DNA of 64,000 nucleotides from assembly GCA_017561145.1 (NCBI GenBank), contig JAFZDO010000041.1, forward strand, positions 72,576 through 136,575, in the 5' to 3' direction. The notes under the pieces were generated by a model. It did not search any database and was not told where the DNA came from. It saw nothing but the letters and a program-made list of their open reading frames with translations. Positions 26,034 to 35,275 of the stretch are shown in pieces. A program made the position numbers and the translations under genes. The DNA comes from Clostridia bacterium (GTDB lineage: Bacteria; Bacillota; Clostridia; Oscillospirales; CAG-382). The first letter of the stretch is position 1, and every line of letters begins with the position of its first letter.

Positions 26034-28511
26034 ATGGGCAAGGCATTGATTTTTGACGGAAACAGCATATTGAACCGCGCTTTTTACGGTGTGCGTCCCT
26101 TGACCGCGCCCGACGGTACGCCGACGAACGCGCTTTACGGATTTATCGGCATGATAAACAAGGCGATATCTCAGATCGGCGGCAACCCTTCGTATGCGGC
26201 GATCGCGTTTGACCTTAAAGAAAAAACCTTCCGACACAAGGCGTGTGACAGCTACAAGGCAACGCGCAAGCCGATGCCCGAGGAATTGGCGCTTCAATTA
26301 CCTATCGCACATGAGATTGCAACCGCTTTGGGCTTGCAGGTCATTGAGATACCCGGCTATGAGGCAGACGATATTCTCGGCACGCTTTCCTACGAATTCA
26401 CGAAAATGGGCGAGCATACCTTTATCGTAACCGGCGACCGCGACAGCTTTCAGCTTGTAAACGAAAACGTAACCGTTTTACTCGCCGCAAACGACGAAAC
26501 GAAGGTTACGACACCGAAGGAAATTTTTGAAAAATACGGCGTTGAGCCGAAAAAGCTTATCGACGTCAAGGCGATAATGGGCGACAGCTCCGATAACATC
26601 GCAGGCGTTCCCGGTATCGGAGAAAAGGGCGCGACAAAGCTTATTGCCGAATACGGCTCGCTCGACGGCGTTTACGAAAATATCGATAAGATCACGGGAG
26701 CTACCAACAAAAAGCTCGCCGACGGAAAGGAAAGTGCGTATATTTCACGCTTCCTCGCCGAAATAAAGCTCGACGTTCCGCTTAATTGCGCTCTTGACGA
26801 CTGTCTTTACAAGGGCGGTGACGTTTTAAGACTGCGCGATATATATACCCGTCTCGGCTTCCGTCAATTCCTCGAAAAGCTCGATACCGTCGCTCCCGAG
26901 GCGGCATCCGACGAGGAATTCAAGCCTATCGGCACACTAGATGCGACCGGCAAGACGGTCTACCTCCACTGTGAGGACGAAAAGCTTTTTGTTTCCTGCG
27001 AAAACGCTCTCTATTTGGGCGATGCAAAGGATATTGCACGTCTGTCGGGATGCGATAGCTGCGTTTGCTGGTCGGCCAAGGACGCTTTGCACATTGCAAA
27101 GAACGAGAACGCGGAATTCTGTTCCAAGCTTGACGACGTTTCGCTTCTCGCATACGTAGTGTCCCCTGCCGACAACGGCGTAACGTTTGGCAAGCTTGCG
27201 CTCGATATGCTCGGCGTTTCATCGAGTGACGTCAAGGTTTCGCTTTTGCCCGACATTTACGGCAAGCTTAACGAAAAGATCACCGAGGAGCAACGCTCGC
27301 TTTACGAGAACATCGAGCTTCCGCTCGCAAACGTGCTTTGCGATATGGAGCATCGCGGTTTCAAGGTGGACAGATTTGCGCTTGACAGCTTCGGTGCTCA
27401 GCTTGATGCGGCAATAACCGAGGGCGAAGAGGCGATATGGTCGCTCGCAGGCGAAAAATTCAACATAAATTCCCCCAAGCAGCTCGGCTCGATACTTTTT
27501 GAGGACCTCGGTCTTCCCCATTTCCGCAAGACGAAAAGCGGTTATTCGACCGACGTTTCGGTTTTGGAAAAGCTTGTCGATTATCACCCGATAATCGAGC
27601 ATATACTTGATTACCGCAAGGATACGAAGCTGAAAAACACCTATTGCGACGGCTTGGGCAAGCAGATTACCGAAGAGGGACGGATACACACGACCTTCAA
27701 GCAGACCCAAACGCTTACAGGTCGGCTTTCCTCGGCAGAGCCGAATTTGCAAAACATCCCCGTGCGAAGTGAAAAGGGCAAGGAATTGCGTCGATTCTTC
27801 GTTGCAGACGAGGGAAATATTCTTATCGACGCCGACTATTCGCAGATCGAGCTTCGCGTGCTCGCACACGTGTCGGACGACGAAACGCTTATCAACGCCT
27901 TTTTAAGCGGTGAGGATATCCACACCGTTACGGCAAGTCAGGTGTTCGGCGTGCCTGCCGAATTTGTGACAAGCGAAATGAGAAAGCGCGCCAAGGCGGT
28001 CAACTTCGGTATAATCTACGGCATAGGCGATTACTCGCTTTCGCAGGATCTGAAGATACCGAAAAAGGTCGCGGCGGAATATATCAAAAGCTACCTTGCA
28101 AAATACAGCGGTGTTTCGGAATATCTCGAATCGACAAAAAGCTTTGCCCGTGAAAACGGATACGTAGATACGATATTCGGCAGAAGGCGCTATATTCCCG
28201 AAATAAACGCAACCAACAAAAATCTTCAGGCGTTCGGCGAGCGAGTCGCGATGAACACACCGATACAGGGCGCGGCGGCAGACCTGATAAAGATCGCAAT
28301 GATCCGCACCGACAAAATGCTTCGCGAGGCGGGATTAAAAGCACGTCTTATACTGCAGATACACGACGAGCTGATAATCGAAGCTCCTATCGAAGAGGCG
28401 GAAAAGGCGGAAGCGATCCTGCGCGAAGCGATGCAGGGCGCGGCAGACCTTAAGGTACCGTTGCAGGTAGACGTCGGAACAGGCAAAAGCTGGTTCGATG
28501 CAAAGGATTAA
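26034..28511 (+). CDS. polA: DNA polymerase I
   Basis: 825 aa. 5'-3' exonuclease domain (GYEADDILGT), polymerase motifs DYSQIELRVLAH (motif A), RRxAKAVNFGIIYG (motif B) and QIHDELI (motif C). Confidence 0.95.
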   Translation: MGKALIFDGNSILNRAFYGVRPLTAPDGTPTNALYGFIGMINKAISQIGGNPSYAAIAFDLKEKTFRHKACDSYKATRKPMPEELALQLPIAHEIATALGLQVIEIPGYEADDILGTLSYEFTKMGEHTFIVTGDRDSFQLVNENVTVLLAANDETKVTTPKEIFEKYGVEPKKLIDVKAIMGDSSDNIAGVPGIGEKGATKLIAEYGSLDGVYENIDKITGATNKKLADGKESAYISRFLAEIKLDVPLNCALDDCLYKGGDVLRLRDIYTRLGFRQFLEKLDTVAPEAASDEEFKPIGTLDATGKTVYLHCEDEKLFVSCENALYLGDAKDIARLSGCDSCVCWSAKDALHIAKNENAEFCSKLDDVSLLAYVVSPADNGVTFGKLALDMLGVSSSDVKVSLLPDIYGKLNEKITEEQRSLYENIELPLANVLCDMEHRGFKVDRFALDSFGAQLDAAITEGEEAIWSLAGEKFNINSPKQLGSILFEDLGLPHFRKTKSGYSTDVSVLEKLVDYHPIIEHILDYRKDTKLKNTYCDGLGKQITEEGRIHTTFKQTQTLTGRLSSAEPNLQNIPVRSEKGKELRRFFVADEGNILIDADYSQIELRVLAHVSDDETLINAFLSGEDIHTVTASQVFGVPAEFVTSEMRKRAKAVNFGIIYGIGDYSLSQDLKIPKKVAAEYIKSYLAKYSGVSEYLESTKSFARENGYVDTIFGRRRYIPEINATNKNLQAFGERVAMNTPIQGAAADLIKIAMIRTDKMLREAGLKARLILQIHDELIIEAPIEEAEKAEAILREAMQGAADLKVPLQVDVGTGKSWFDAKD

Positions 28512-28559
28512 AACGAATGATGAAAGGCCACGGATAAATATACGTGTGAAATAAATACT

Positions 28560-30110
28560 ATGGAACTTAAAAATCTCAACGGCAGAAAAGCAAGAATGCT
28601 GCTTGTTTACCCCGACTATACCGACCGCGAGCTCACAGGTAAGCTCACCGGCGGTAACTACAGCGAAGGCTTAGCATCCATCTCGGCAGTTATGAAGCAG
28701 GGCGGTCACGACGTCAAGCTTATGCACCTGCTCTATCTCCATAACGAGCAGGAATTCAAGGAAAAGCTTAAGGCCTTGGGCGAATTCGATATTATCGGTT
28801 TTTCGATCCGTACCACCGCTTTCCCCGATAGCCAGCTTTATATTAAATGGACAAGAGAAGTCTGCCCCGACGTTCTTATTACCGCGGGCAGCTATCACTG
28901 CACACTCGCACCCGAAGAGGTAATCGCACTCGACGATCTCGATGCATTGACCATCGGTGACGGCGAATATCAGGCGCTTGAGCTTGCAGACAAGATGAGC
29001 GCAGGCGAGGATTATACCAACATCCTTTCGATGTGGTTCAGAATGGACGACGGAAGCATTAAAAAGAACCCCGTTGCTCCCCTCTTTGCCGATCTTGACA
29101 GACTTCCCATCCCCGACTTTGATCTTTTCGATTACGACAACCTCGACAGCGTTAAGGTTGGTACTGCGATCGTTATGATGAGCCGCGGATGCAGATACAA
29201 CTGTACCTATTGCGGCAACTCGCAGTTCAGAAACGTTTACCCCAACAAGAAGATCTATTCTCGTTTCCGTTCGCCCCAAAACGGTATTCTTTATCTCAAG
29301 ACTCTTCTTGAAAAGCATCCCCAGATCAAGGTCATCAACTTCCGTGACGCTATCTTCAATATGATGCCCGATTGGACCGAGGAATTTTTGGCGCTCTATA
29401 CCAAGGAGATCCATCTTCCCTTCACCGGTAACATCCGCTTTGACATCCTTACCGAGGAATCGGTTCGTTTGTTGAAGGAGGCGGGATGCTATACCATCGA
29501 TATGGGTCTCGAAAGCGGCGATCAGGAAATGCGCTTTAAGTATCTCAAGCGCTATATGACCGACGAAATGATCATCAACTGCAGCAAGTGGTTCCACAAG
29601 CACGGTATCGCTCAGCTTACCTATAACATAATCGGTCTTCCCTATGAGGACAAGCACCGCGCGCTTAAAACGATCAAGCTCAACGCAAAGGCAGGTGCCG
29701 ACCGCGTTATCCCCAACATCTTCTATCCCTATCCCGGAACAAAGCTTTACGATATCGCGAAGGAAGGCGGCTTTATCCCCGAGGGCGGCGTTTCGCCCGA
29801 TGCGCGCGTGCCGCTCGTTCAGCCTCAATTCCCTGAGCACGAGGTTTTGTATTTGCAGGCATATTTCTCTCACTTCGTAAGAAGATACAAATGGGCTTAC
29901 GCGATGCCCAAGTGGCTCGGAAAGCCTTATGAAAAATGGCTCGACCACCGCGCAACAGGTAAGCACGTTCCCTATAAGCTTCTCGTTAAGCTTCACGACG
30001 GCTATGCAAAGGTTCGCAACGGCCTTAAAAACTTCCTCGTTGACCATCTCCCCAAGGTCTATATGAAGCTTCGCGTGCTCAAGCACCGCAAGAGAGCAAA
30101 GAAAGTTTAA
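28560..30110 (+). CDS. B12-binding-domain radical SAM protein (class B)
   Basis: 516 aa. N-terminal Rossmann-like B12-type domain (ITAGSYHCTLAPEE) followed by SRGCRYNCTYC (CxxxCxxC). No terminator separates it from polA or rsmI. Confidence 0.85.
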   Translation: MELKNLNGRKARMLLVYPDYTDRELTGKLTGGNYSEGLASISAVMKQGGHDVKLMHLLYLHNEQEFKEKLKALGEFDIIGFSIRTTAFPDSQLYIKWTREVCPDVLITAGSYHCTLAPEEVIALDDLDALTIGDGEYQALELADKMSAGEDYTNILSMWFRMDDGSIKKNPVAPLFADLDRLPIPDFDLFDYDNLDSVKVGTAIVMMSRGCRYNCTYCGNSQFRNVYPNKKIYSRFRSPQNGILYLKTLLEKHPQIKVINFRDAIFNMMPDWTEEFLALYTKEIHLPFTGNIRFDILTEESVRLLKEAGCYTIDMGLESGDQEMRFKYLKRYMTDEMIINCSKWFHKHGIAQLTYNIIGLPYEDKHRALKTIKLNAKAGADRVIPNIFYPYPGTKLYDIAKEGGFIPEGGVSPDARVPLVQPQFPEHEVLYLQAYFSHFVRRYKWAYAMPKWLGKPYEKWLDHRATGKHVPYKLLVKLHDGYAKVRNGLKNFLVDHLPKVYMKLRVLKHRKRAKKV

Positions 30111-30112
30111 TT

Positions 30113-30943
30113 ATGGCAGGAACACTTTATATCGTACCTACCCCCATCGGCAATATGGGTGATATGACTCCGCGCGCAAAAGAGGTTTTGGAAAGCGTCG
30201 ATTTCGTCGCGAGCGAGGACACGCGCGTAGGAGGCAAGCTTTTAATGCTTTTGGGCATCAAAAAGCCGCTTGTGAGCTATCACGAGCATACGAGCAAAAA
30301 CGCCACCGATTCGATAATCGAGCGCATCAAATGCGGCGAAAGCTGTGCGCTCATTACCGATGCAGGCACGCCTGCGGTAAGCGACCCCGGCGAAAAGCTT
30401 GTAAGCGCCTGCGCCGAAGCGGGAGTTGAAATAACCGCACTCCCGGGAGCGTGCGCGGCGGTAACGGCAATATCTGCTTCGGGATTGGCATCGAGAAGAT
30501 TCTGCTTCGAGGGATTTCTTCCCGAAAACAAGCGTGAAAGACGCGAAAGAATCGAGGAATTATCACGCGAGAAGCGCACCTTTATCCTTTATATCTCTCC
30601 GCACGATATCGACGGCTATCTCCCTGAATTGGCAGATAAGCTTGGCGACCGCAAATGCATTCTCGCCAAGGAGCTTACCAAGATCCACGAGCGCTATTTC
30701 CGCGGTACGGTAAGCGAAATTGCCGAAAAATTCCAATCCCTCTCCCCTTCCGAAAAGAAGGGCGAATTCGTTATGATCTGCGAGGGTATGAGCGAAGAGG
30801 ACGCCTTCTGGAAGGATATGTCGATTGAGGAGCACGTCGACCACTATATTTCGCTCGGACTTTCGAAAATGGACGCCTGCAAGGCAACCGCGCGCGACCG
30901 CGGTGTTGGCAAGGGCGAGATCTACAAAAGCGTAAACAACTGA
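30113..30943 (+). CDS. rsmI: 16S rRNA (cytidine1402-2'-O)-methyltransferase
   Basis: LYIVPTPIGNMGDMTPRA...VASEDTR...ITDAGTPAVSDPG is the RsmI/tetrapyrrole-methylase-fold signature. Confidence 0.9.
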   Translation: MAGTLYIVPTPIGNMGDMTPRAKEVLESVDFVASEDTRVGGKLLMLLGIKKPLVSYHEHTSKNATDSIIERIKCGESCALITDAGTPAVSDPGEKLVSACAEAGVEITALPGACAAVTAISASGLASRRFCFEGFLPENKRERRERIEELSREKRTFILYISPHDIDGYLPELADKLGDRKCILAKELTKIHERYFRGTVSEIAEKFQSLSPSEKKGEFVMICEGMSEEDAFWKDMSIEEHVDHYISLGLSKMDACKATARDRGVGKGEIYKSVNN

Positions 30944-30956
30944 AAGGACTGTTTTC

Positions 30957-32363
30957 ATGAGATCTTTCGGGATCAGATTTTTAATAACTCTCCTCATTTT
31001 TTGCCTTACTTTTCCCTTTTTTACAGTCAACGCTCAAGGCGAGGCTGTGGAAATCGTTTTGTCGTTCGACGGCGAAGCATACCGCGGAGGCACGATGATG
31101 CTCACCGTTTCGGTGAAAAAGCCGTCCGTCGCACTTGCAGGGCTTGAATTCACACTTGAATACGACAACAAATACGTCAAGCCTCAAATTACCGAAAACA
31201 ACGAAGACGTGCTTGAAATGAACGCACTTGTTTCTTCGAAGCCGAACGGTTGGGAACAGATAAGTAGCCACAAGGACGGTATTTACACCTTCCGATTCGC
31301 TTCGGCGTTCGATAGCTCGGATATGCTCGACAAGGAAAACGAGCTTGTTTTAAGCATTCCTTTTACCGTCCAAGCGGCAGGCTCGTTTGACTTTTGCGTT
31401 GCAAGCGGCGATATATTGGCGGTTGCAAACGATAAGGAAAGCACGGTTTATTCGGGCAAGGGCGGTAACATTTCGGTCGTTGCCGCAAGCGAAGCACAAA
31501 AGATCGGCATCGGTACAAAGGGTGCCGATACCGCTAACGAAAAGGGCGAATATCTGCTTCAGGTCGAAACGCTCAACCTCGGCGACGCAAGCGGAATCGT
31601 TGCGTTTGAATTTGACCTTACCTATGACAAAAGCGTTTTCGCGCCTGTTGTAAAGACCAACGAAAACGAAGAAATGAACGTCTTTATGCAGGATATGCCG
31701 GGCGATTGGGAGCAGATGTGCTCGTTTGACGAGGCAAAGGGCAGATACACACTTCGTTTCGCCGCAAAAAACGCCGAATCGCTCACAAATGCCGACGTTC
31801 TTAAATCGGGCGAAAAAGCAATCCTTTCCATTCCCTTCAAGGTTATCGGAAGCGAGGGCAACGTCGCTTCGTTTACGGTAGACTCGGCATCTGTCATCGG
31901 CTTGAGCTGTTCAAACGTCATTCTCTCCGGCACGGGAAGCGTCAAGTCGGTTTCTATCGAAAAAGCGCCTTCAGGCACCATTCCCGACGATATCGGATAT
32001 ATTATTAAAGACGGATTTTTGATGTACGTCGACGAAAAGACCAAGGTTTCCGATTTCTTAAAGCCCTTCGGCTCTGCCTTTTCGGTAAATTCAAAAGGTG
32101 AGTATATTTGTACCGGTGACGTCCTTACCGACGGAAACGCCATTGCTCTTACAATAATCGTCCGCGGCGATATAAACGGCTCGGGCGATATCGAAAAATA
32201 CGATTATATCCTCGTAAAGCGCTACTGTATGAACACGATCGCGTTCAGCGATGCACAGCTTCTTGCCGCAGATGCAACCAACGACGGCAAGATCGACAGA
32301 TACGATTACATCCGAATCAAGCGCCACTGTCTTGGTACTTTTACTATAAAGGAAGACCGATAA
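30957..32363 (+). CDS. Secreted protein with two cohesin-like modules and a C-terminal dockerin
   Basis: Signal peptide ending VNAQG. Two internally repeated modules (LAGLEFTLEYD...LSIPFTV and VAFEFDLTYD...LSIPFKV). Dockerin F-hand pair GDINGSGDIEKYDYILVKRY / DATNDGKIDRYDYIRIKRH. Confidence 0.75.
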   Translation: MRSFGIRFLITLLIFCLTFPFFTVNAQGEAVEIVLSFDGEAYRGGTMMLTVSVKKPSVALAGLEFTLEYDNKYVKPQITENNEDVLEMNALVSSKPNGWEQISSHKDGIYTFRFASAFDSSDMLDKENELVLSIPFTVQAAGSFDFCVASGDILAVANDKESTVYSGKGGNISVVAASEAQKIGIGTKGADTANEKGEYLLQVETLNLGDASGIVAFEFDLTYDKSVFAPVVKTNENEEMNVFMQDMPGDWEQMCSFDEAKGRYTLRFAAKNAESLTNADVLKSGEKAILSIPFKVIGSEGNVASFTVDSASVIGLSCSNVILSGTGSVKSVSIEKAPSGTIPDDIGYIIKDGFLMYVDEKTKVSDFLKPFGSAFSVNSKGEYICTGDVLTDGNAIALTIIVRGDINGSGDIEKYDYILVKRYCMNTIAFSDAQLLAADATNDGKIDRYDYIRIKRHCLGTFTIKEDR

Positions 32364-32366
32364 ATT

Positions 32367-32813
32367 ATGATCAAAAGGTTATTTGCCGTTCTTTTGGCGG
32401 CTTTTACGGTTTTTTCACTCGCAGCCTGCACAGCTCAATATGAAAAGGCCGATAATTATGCAAGAAACTTCATTTCGGCGCTCTGTCTTGGCGACGAGGC
32501 AAAAATGAAGGAATACACTCACCCCGATTATACCGACCAAGCGATTCCCGACGAAGCCTTTTATGAAACGCTTTCTACCCAATTTTTCACCGTCGGCAAC
32601 GAAATGACGGAGTTAAACGGCGTCGGCAAGGCAAATCTTGAAAACGAAGAATCGTTCGACGGCGAGGTTATGAAATGCACCTACGTTGCACGCGTCAACG
32701 AGCTTTTTTACACCGTCGAGCTTATCACTCTCGAAAACGACAACGGCTACGGCATCGTTTCCGTTGCGATGGTGCTTAACACCGATTTAGATTATTATTT
32801 TCAAGGTGAATGA
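32367..32813 (+). CDS. Small lipoprotein, unknown function
   Basis: Lipobox LAAC, 148 aa. Starts 3 nt after the cohesin gene stop; its stop overlaps the YitT start (ATGA). Confidence 0.6.
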   Translation: MIKRLFAVLLAAFTVFSLAACTAQYEKADNYARNFISALCLGDEAKMKEYTHPDYTDQAIPDEAFYETLSTQFFTVGNEMTELNGVGKANLENEESFDGEVMKCTYVARVNELFYTVELITLENDNGYGIVSVAMVLNTDLDYYFQGE

Positions 32814-33679
32814 TGAAAAAATTTTCAACGACCTTCAAAAATTACACTTTAATAACTGTCGGATGCGTTCTTTTCGCGGCAGGCGTTTCGATTTTTCTTG
32901 AGCCTAACCAGCTTGCTTCGGGCGGCGTTTCGGGTCTCGGCATCATTCTTAACAGCTTTATCGACTTCATCCCCGTCGGTATGTGGTCGATCATCTTCAA
33001 CATACCGATAATGATCTGCGGAGTTTGGAAGCTCGGCGCAAAAATCCTTGTGCCCACCTTCTATGCGCTTGCGGTAAGCTCGGGCGTTATGACTTTGTTT
33101 GAATTGTTCTGCCCTCCCATCACTTACAATCCCATGCTCGCGTGTGTGTGTGGCGGTGCGCTTGTTGCGGCAGGTGTAGGACTTGTTTTCCGCGGCGGCG
33201 CAACCACGGCCGGCACCGATATTATCGTAAAGCTTTTAAGACTTAAATACCGCCATATTTCGACCGGCGCTATCTTTCTTTTCGCAGACGGCTTGGTATG
33301 TCTTACATCGGGCTTTGTATTCAACAACTTCGAAAACGCGCTTTACGCGGCGATTTCCTTGTTTATCCAGATGTTTGTGCTCAATATGGTGCTTTACGGC
33401 TCGGATGAAGCAAGAATGGTTTATATCATCAGCGACCGTGACGAGATCATCGCAAAGCGCCTTCTTGAAGAGATCGATGCGGGCGCTACCTATTTGTACG
33501 GCAATGGCGCTTACACAGGCAAGGACCGCAAGGTGCTTATGTGCGCGCTTAAGATGCGTGCCGTCCCCCAAGCGCGTGAGATCATCCGCCAAGAGGACAG
33601 CGACGCATTCGTTATCGTTACCAAAGCAACAAACGTATTCGGTGAAGGCTTTAAGAGTCACGTTGAGGAAGATCTATGA
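32810..33679 (+). CDS. YitT family membrane protein (with DUF2179-like C-terminal domain)
   Basis: LITVGCVLFAAGVSIFLEPNQLASGGVSGLGIIL is typical of YitT. Soluble C-terminal domain with the VIVTKATNVFGEGF ending. Confidence 0.85.
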   Translation: MMKKFSTTFKNYTLITVGCVLFAAGVSIFLEPNQLASGGVSGLGIILNSFIDFIPVGMWSIIFNIPIMICGVWKLGAKILVPTFYALAVSSGVMTLFELFCPPITYNPMLACVCGGALVAAGVGLVFRGGATTAGTDIIVKLLRLKYRHISTGAIFLFADGLVCLTSGFVFNNFENALYAAISLFIQMFVLNMVLYGSDEARMVYIISDRDEIIAKRLLEEIDAGATYLYGNGAYTGKDRKVLMCALKMRAVPQAREIIRQEDSDAFVIVTKATNVFGEGFKSHVEEDL

Positions 33680-34749
33680 TACGTGAAACGGTCGAAGCAC
33701 TTCCTTCGCTTATCGACACTCTGAAAAACGAAGAACGGAAAATATTCCTTTACGGAATGGGCAACGGCGCAGAAAAAATATATGCCTATCTTATCTGTCA
33801 CGGCATAGAGATCGATGGTGTCGTCGCGTCAGACGGATTTGTTCGCGGTCAGGATTTTTTGGGGTTTAAGGTGATTTCAATAACCGAAGCAAGCGAAAGA
33901 TACGGCTCGCTATGTTTGATCCTTTGCTTTGGTCTCGAGGGCGAAAAATCGCATTTTTTAACCGATCTGGCAAATAATCACCGCATACTTTCACCTAATC
34001 TTCCGGTTTTCGGCGACGGTGCTTGCGACAAGGATTTTATTCTCGAAAACGCCGAATCGTTTGAGCGCGTTTATGAAATGCTTGCCGACGGCGAATCTAA
34101 GGAAATATTTTTAAACATACTCAAATATAATGTCACGGGCGAGATAGCTTTTCTCGAAAAGGGAAAGTCGCTTGATTGCCCCGAGGAGTTTTACAACCAC
34201 GAAAAAAGGCATATCGACGTAGGCGCATACGACGGCGATACTGTTTTGGAATTTACAGAGCATAGCGATAAATACAACGATATCGTTGCGTTTGAGCCGG
34301 ATGTGCTCACCTTCCGTCATTTCAAAAGAAACACCGAAGACATTCGCGATTGCATCGGCATAAACGCCGCCGTCGGCAGATACGACAGAAAGGTTTCGTT
34401 TGCATCGGGCGGCGGAAGAGCATCGCACTGCGAAGCTTTCGGCGAAGGAACGGTCGATTGCGTTTCTATCGACAAATTCTGCGGCTTCACACACATCAAT
34501 GCAAGCGGCACACCCGTCGGCAGTATCAAGATCGATGCCGAGGGCATGGATGAGGACGTTATCTGCGGTGCGGTCAACACGATATATTGCTGCAAGCCAC
34601 ATTTGGCAGTCGCGCTTTACCATCGCGCGTCCGATTTGATCGACCTGCCGTTGCTTATAAGAAAGCACTATCATAAATACGAATTTTATTTGAGAAAAAA
34701 GGAATACGTCCCTGCCTGGGATATATTCCTCTATGCTATAAAACGGTAA
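33676..34749 (+). CDS. FkbM-family methyltransferase with an extra N-terminal Rossmann-like domain
   Basis: HIDVGAYDGDTVLEF and IKIDAEGMDEDVI match FkbM motifs. The ~150-aa N-terminal extension (KIFLYGMGNGAEKIY) is additional. ATGA overlap with the YitT gene. Confidence 0.75.
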   Translation: MIRETVEALPSLIDTLKNEERKIFLYGMGNGAEKIYAYLICHGIEIDGVVASDGFVRGQDFLGFKVISITEASERYGSLCLILCFGLEGEKSHFLTDLANNHRILSPNLPVFGDGACDKDFILENAESFERVYEMLADGESKEIFLNILKYNVTGEIAFLEKGKSLDCPEEFYNHEKRHIDVGAYDGDTVLEFTEHSDKYNDIVAFEPDVLTFRHFKRNTEDIRDCIGINAAVGRYDRKVSFASGGGRASHCEAFGEGTVDCVSIDKFCGFTHINASGTPVGSIKIDAEGMDEDVICGAVNTIYCCKPHLAVALYHRASDLIDLPLLIRKHYHKYEFYLRKKEYVPAWDIFLYAIKR

Positions 34750-34765
34750 ATACGGAGGTATTTTA

Positions 34766-35269
34766 ATGTCTTTTAAAGAAATAAAGCCGTCGGATATCAA
34801 CAGTTCGGTTTTTACTGATATCGGAAGCAAATGGATGCTTATCAGCGCACAAAAGCCCGACGGAAGCATTAACACGATGACAGCAAGCTGGGGTACCATG
34901 GGCGTACTTTGGAATAAAAATATTTTTGTTTGCTTTGTAAGACCTCAACGCTTTACTCACGAATTTACCGAAGCGAGCGACAGGATATCGATCTCGTTTT
35001 TCGGCGAGGAATACCACGAAGCGCTTACGGTTTGCGGCAGAAAAAGCGGCAGAGATTGCGATAAGATAAAGCTTGCCGGTCTCACACCGTTTACCACCGA
35101 AAACGGTGTCGGATTTAACGAAGCCGAGCGCATTATCTACGGCAAAAAGATATACGTCGGCAAGCTTGACCCGAAATGCTTCCTTTCGGATGATATCGAA
35201 AAGCATTACAACAACGACTACCACACCGTATATATCTGTGAAATAGAAAAGATCGAAGAAAAGGAATAA
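34766..35269 (+). CDS. Flavin reductase-like (flavoredoxin) domain protein
   Basis: 167 aa. NTMTASWGT...FVRPQRFT pattern typical of the flavin reductase-like FMN-binding family. Confidence 0.75.
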   Translation: MSFKEIKPSDINSSVFTDIGSKWMLISAQKPDGSINTMTASWGTMGVLWNKNIFVCFVRPQRFTHEFTEASDRISISFFGEEYHEALTVCGRKSGRDCDKIKLAGLTPFTTENGVGFNEAERIIYGKKIYVGKLDPKCFLSDDIEKHYNNDYHTVYICEIEKIEEKE

Positions 35270-35275
35270 CATAAA

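Noticed and set aside
28517-28537. Six-codon mini-ORF (MMKGHG) just upstream of the B12 radical SAM gene, considered as a RiPP precursor.
   Set aside because: It is far too short, has no ribosome-binding site and no leader/core organisation, and no other maturation genes are present. It is most likely chance.
30957-32363. Reading the cohesin/dockerin gene as evidence that this window is a cellulosome (sca-type) locus.
   Set aside because: No second scaffoldin, sortase-anchored cohesin protein, CBM or dockerin-bearing glycoside hydrolase is present in the window. Only the single protein and its unusual operon partners can be supported.
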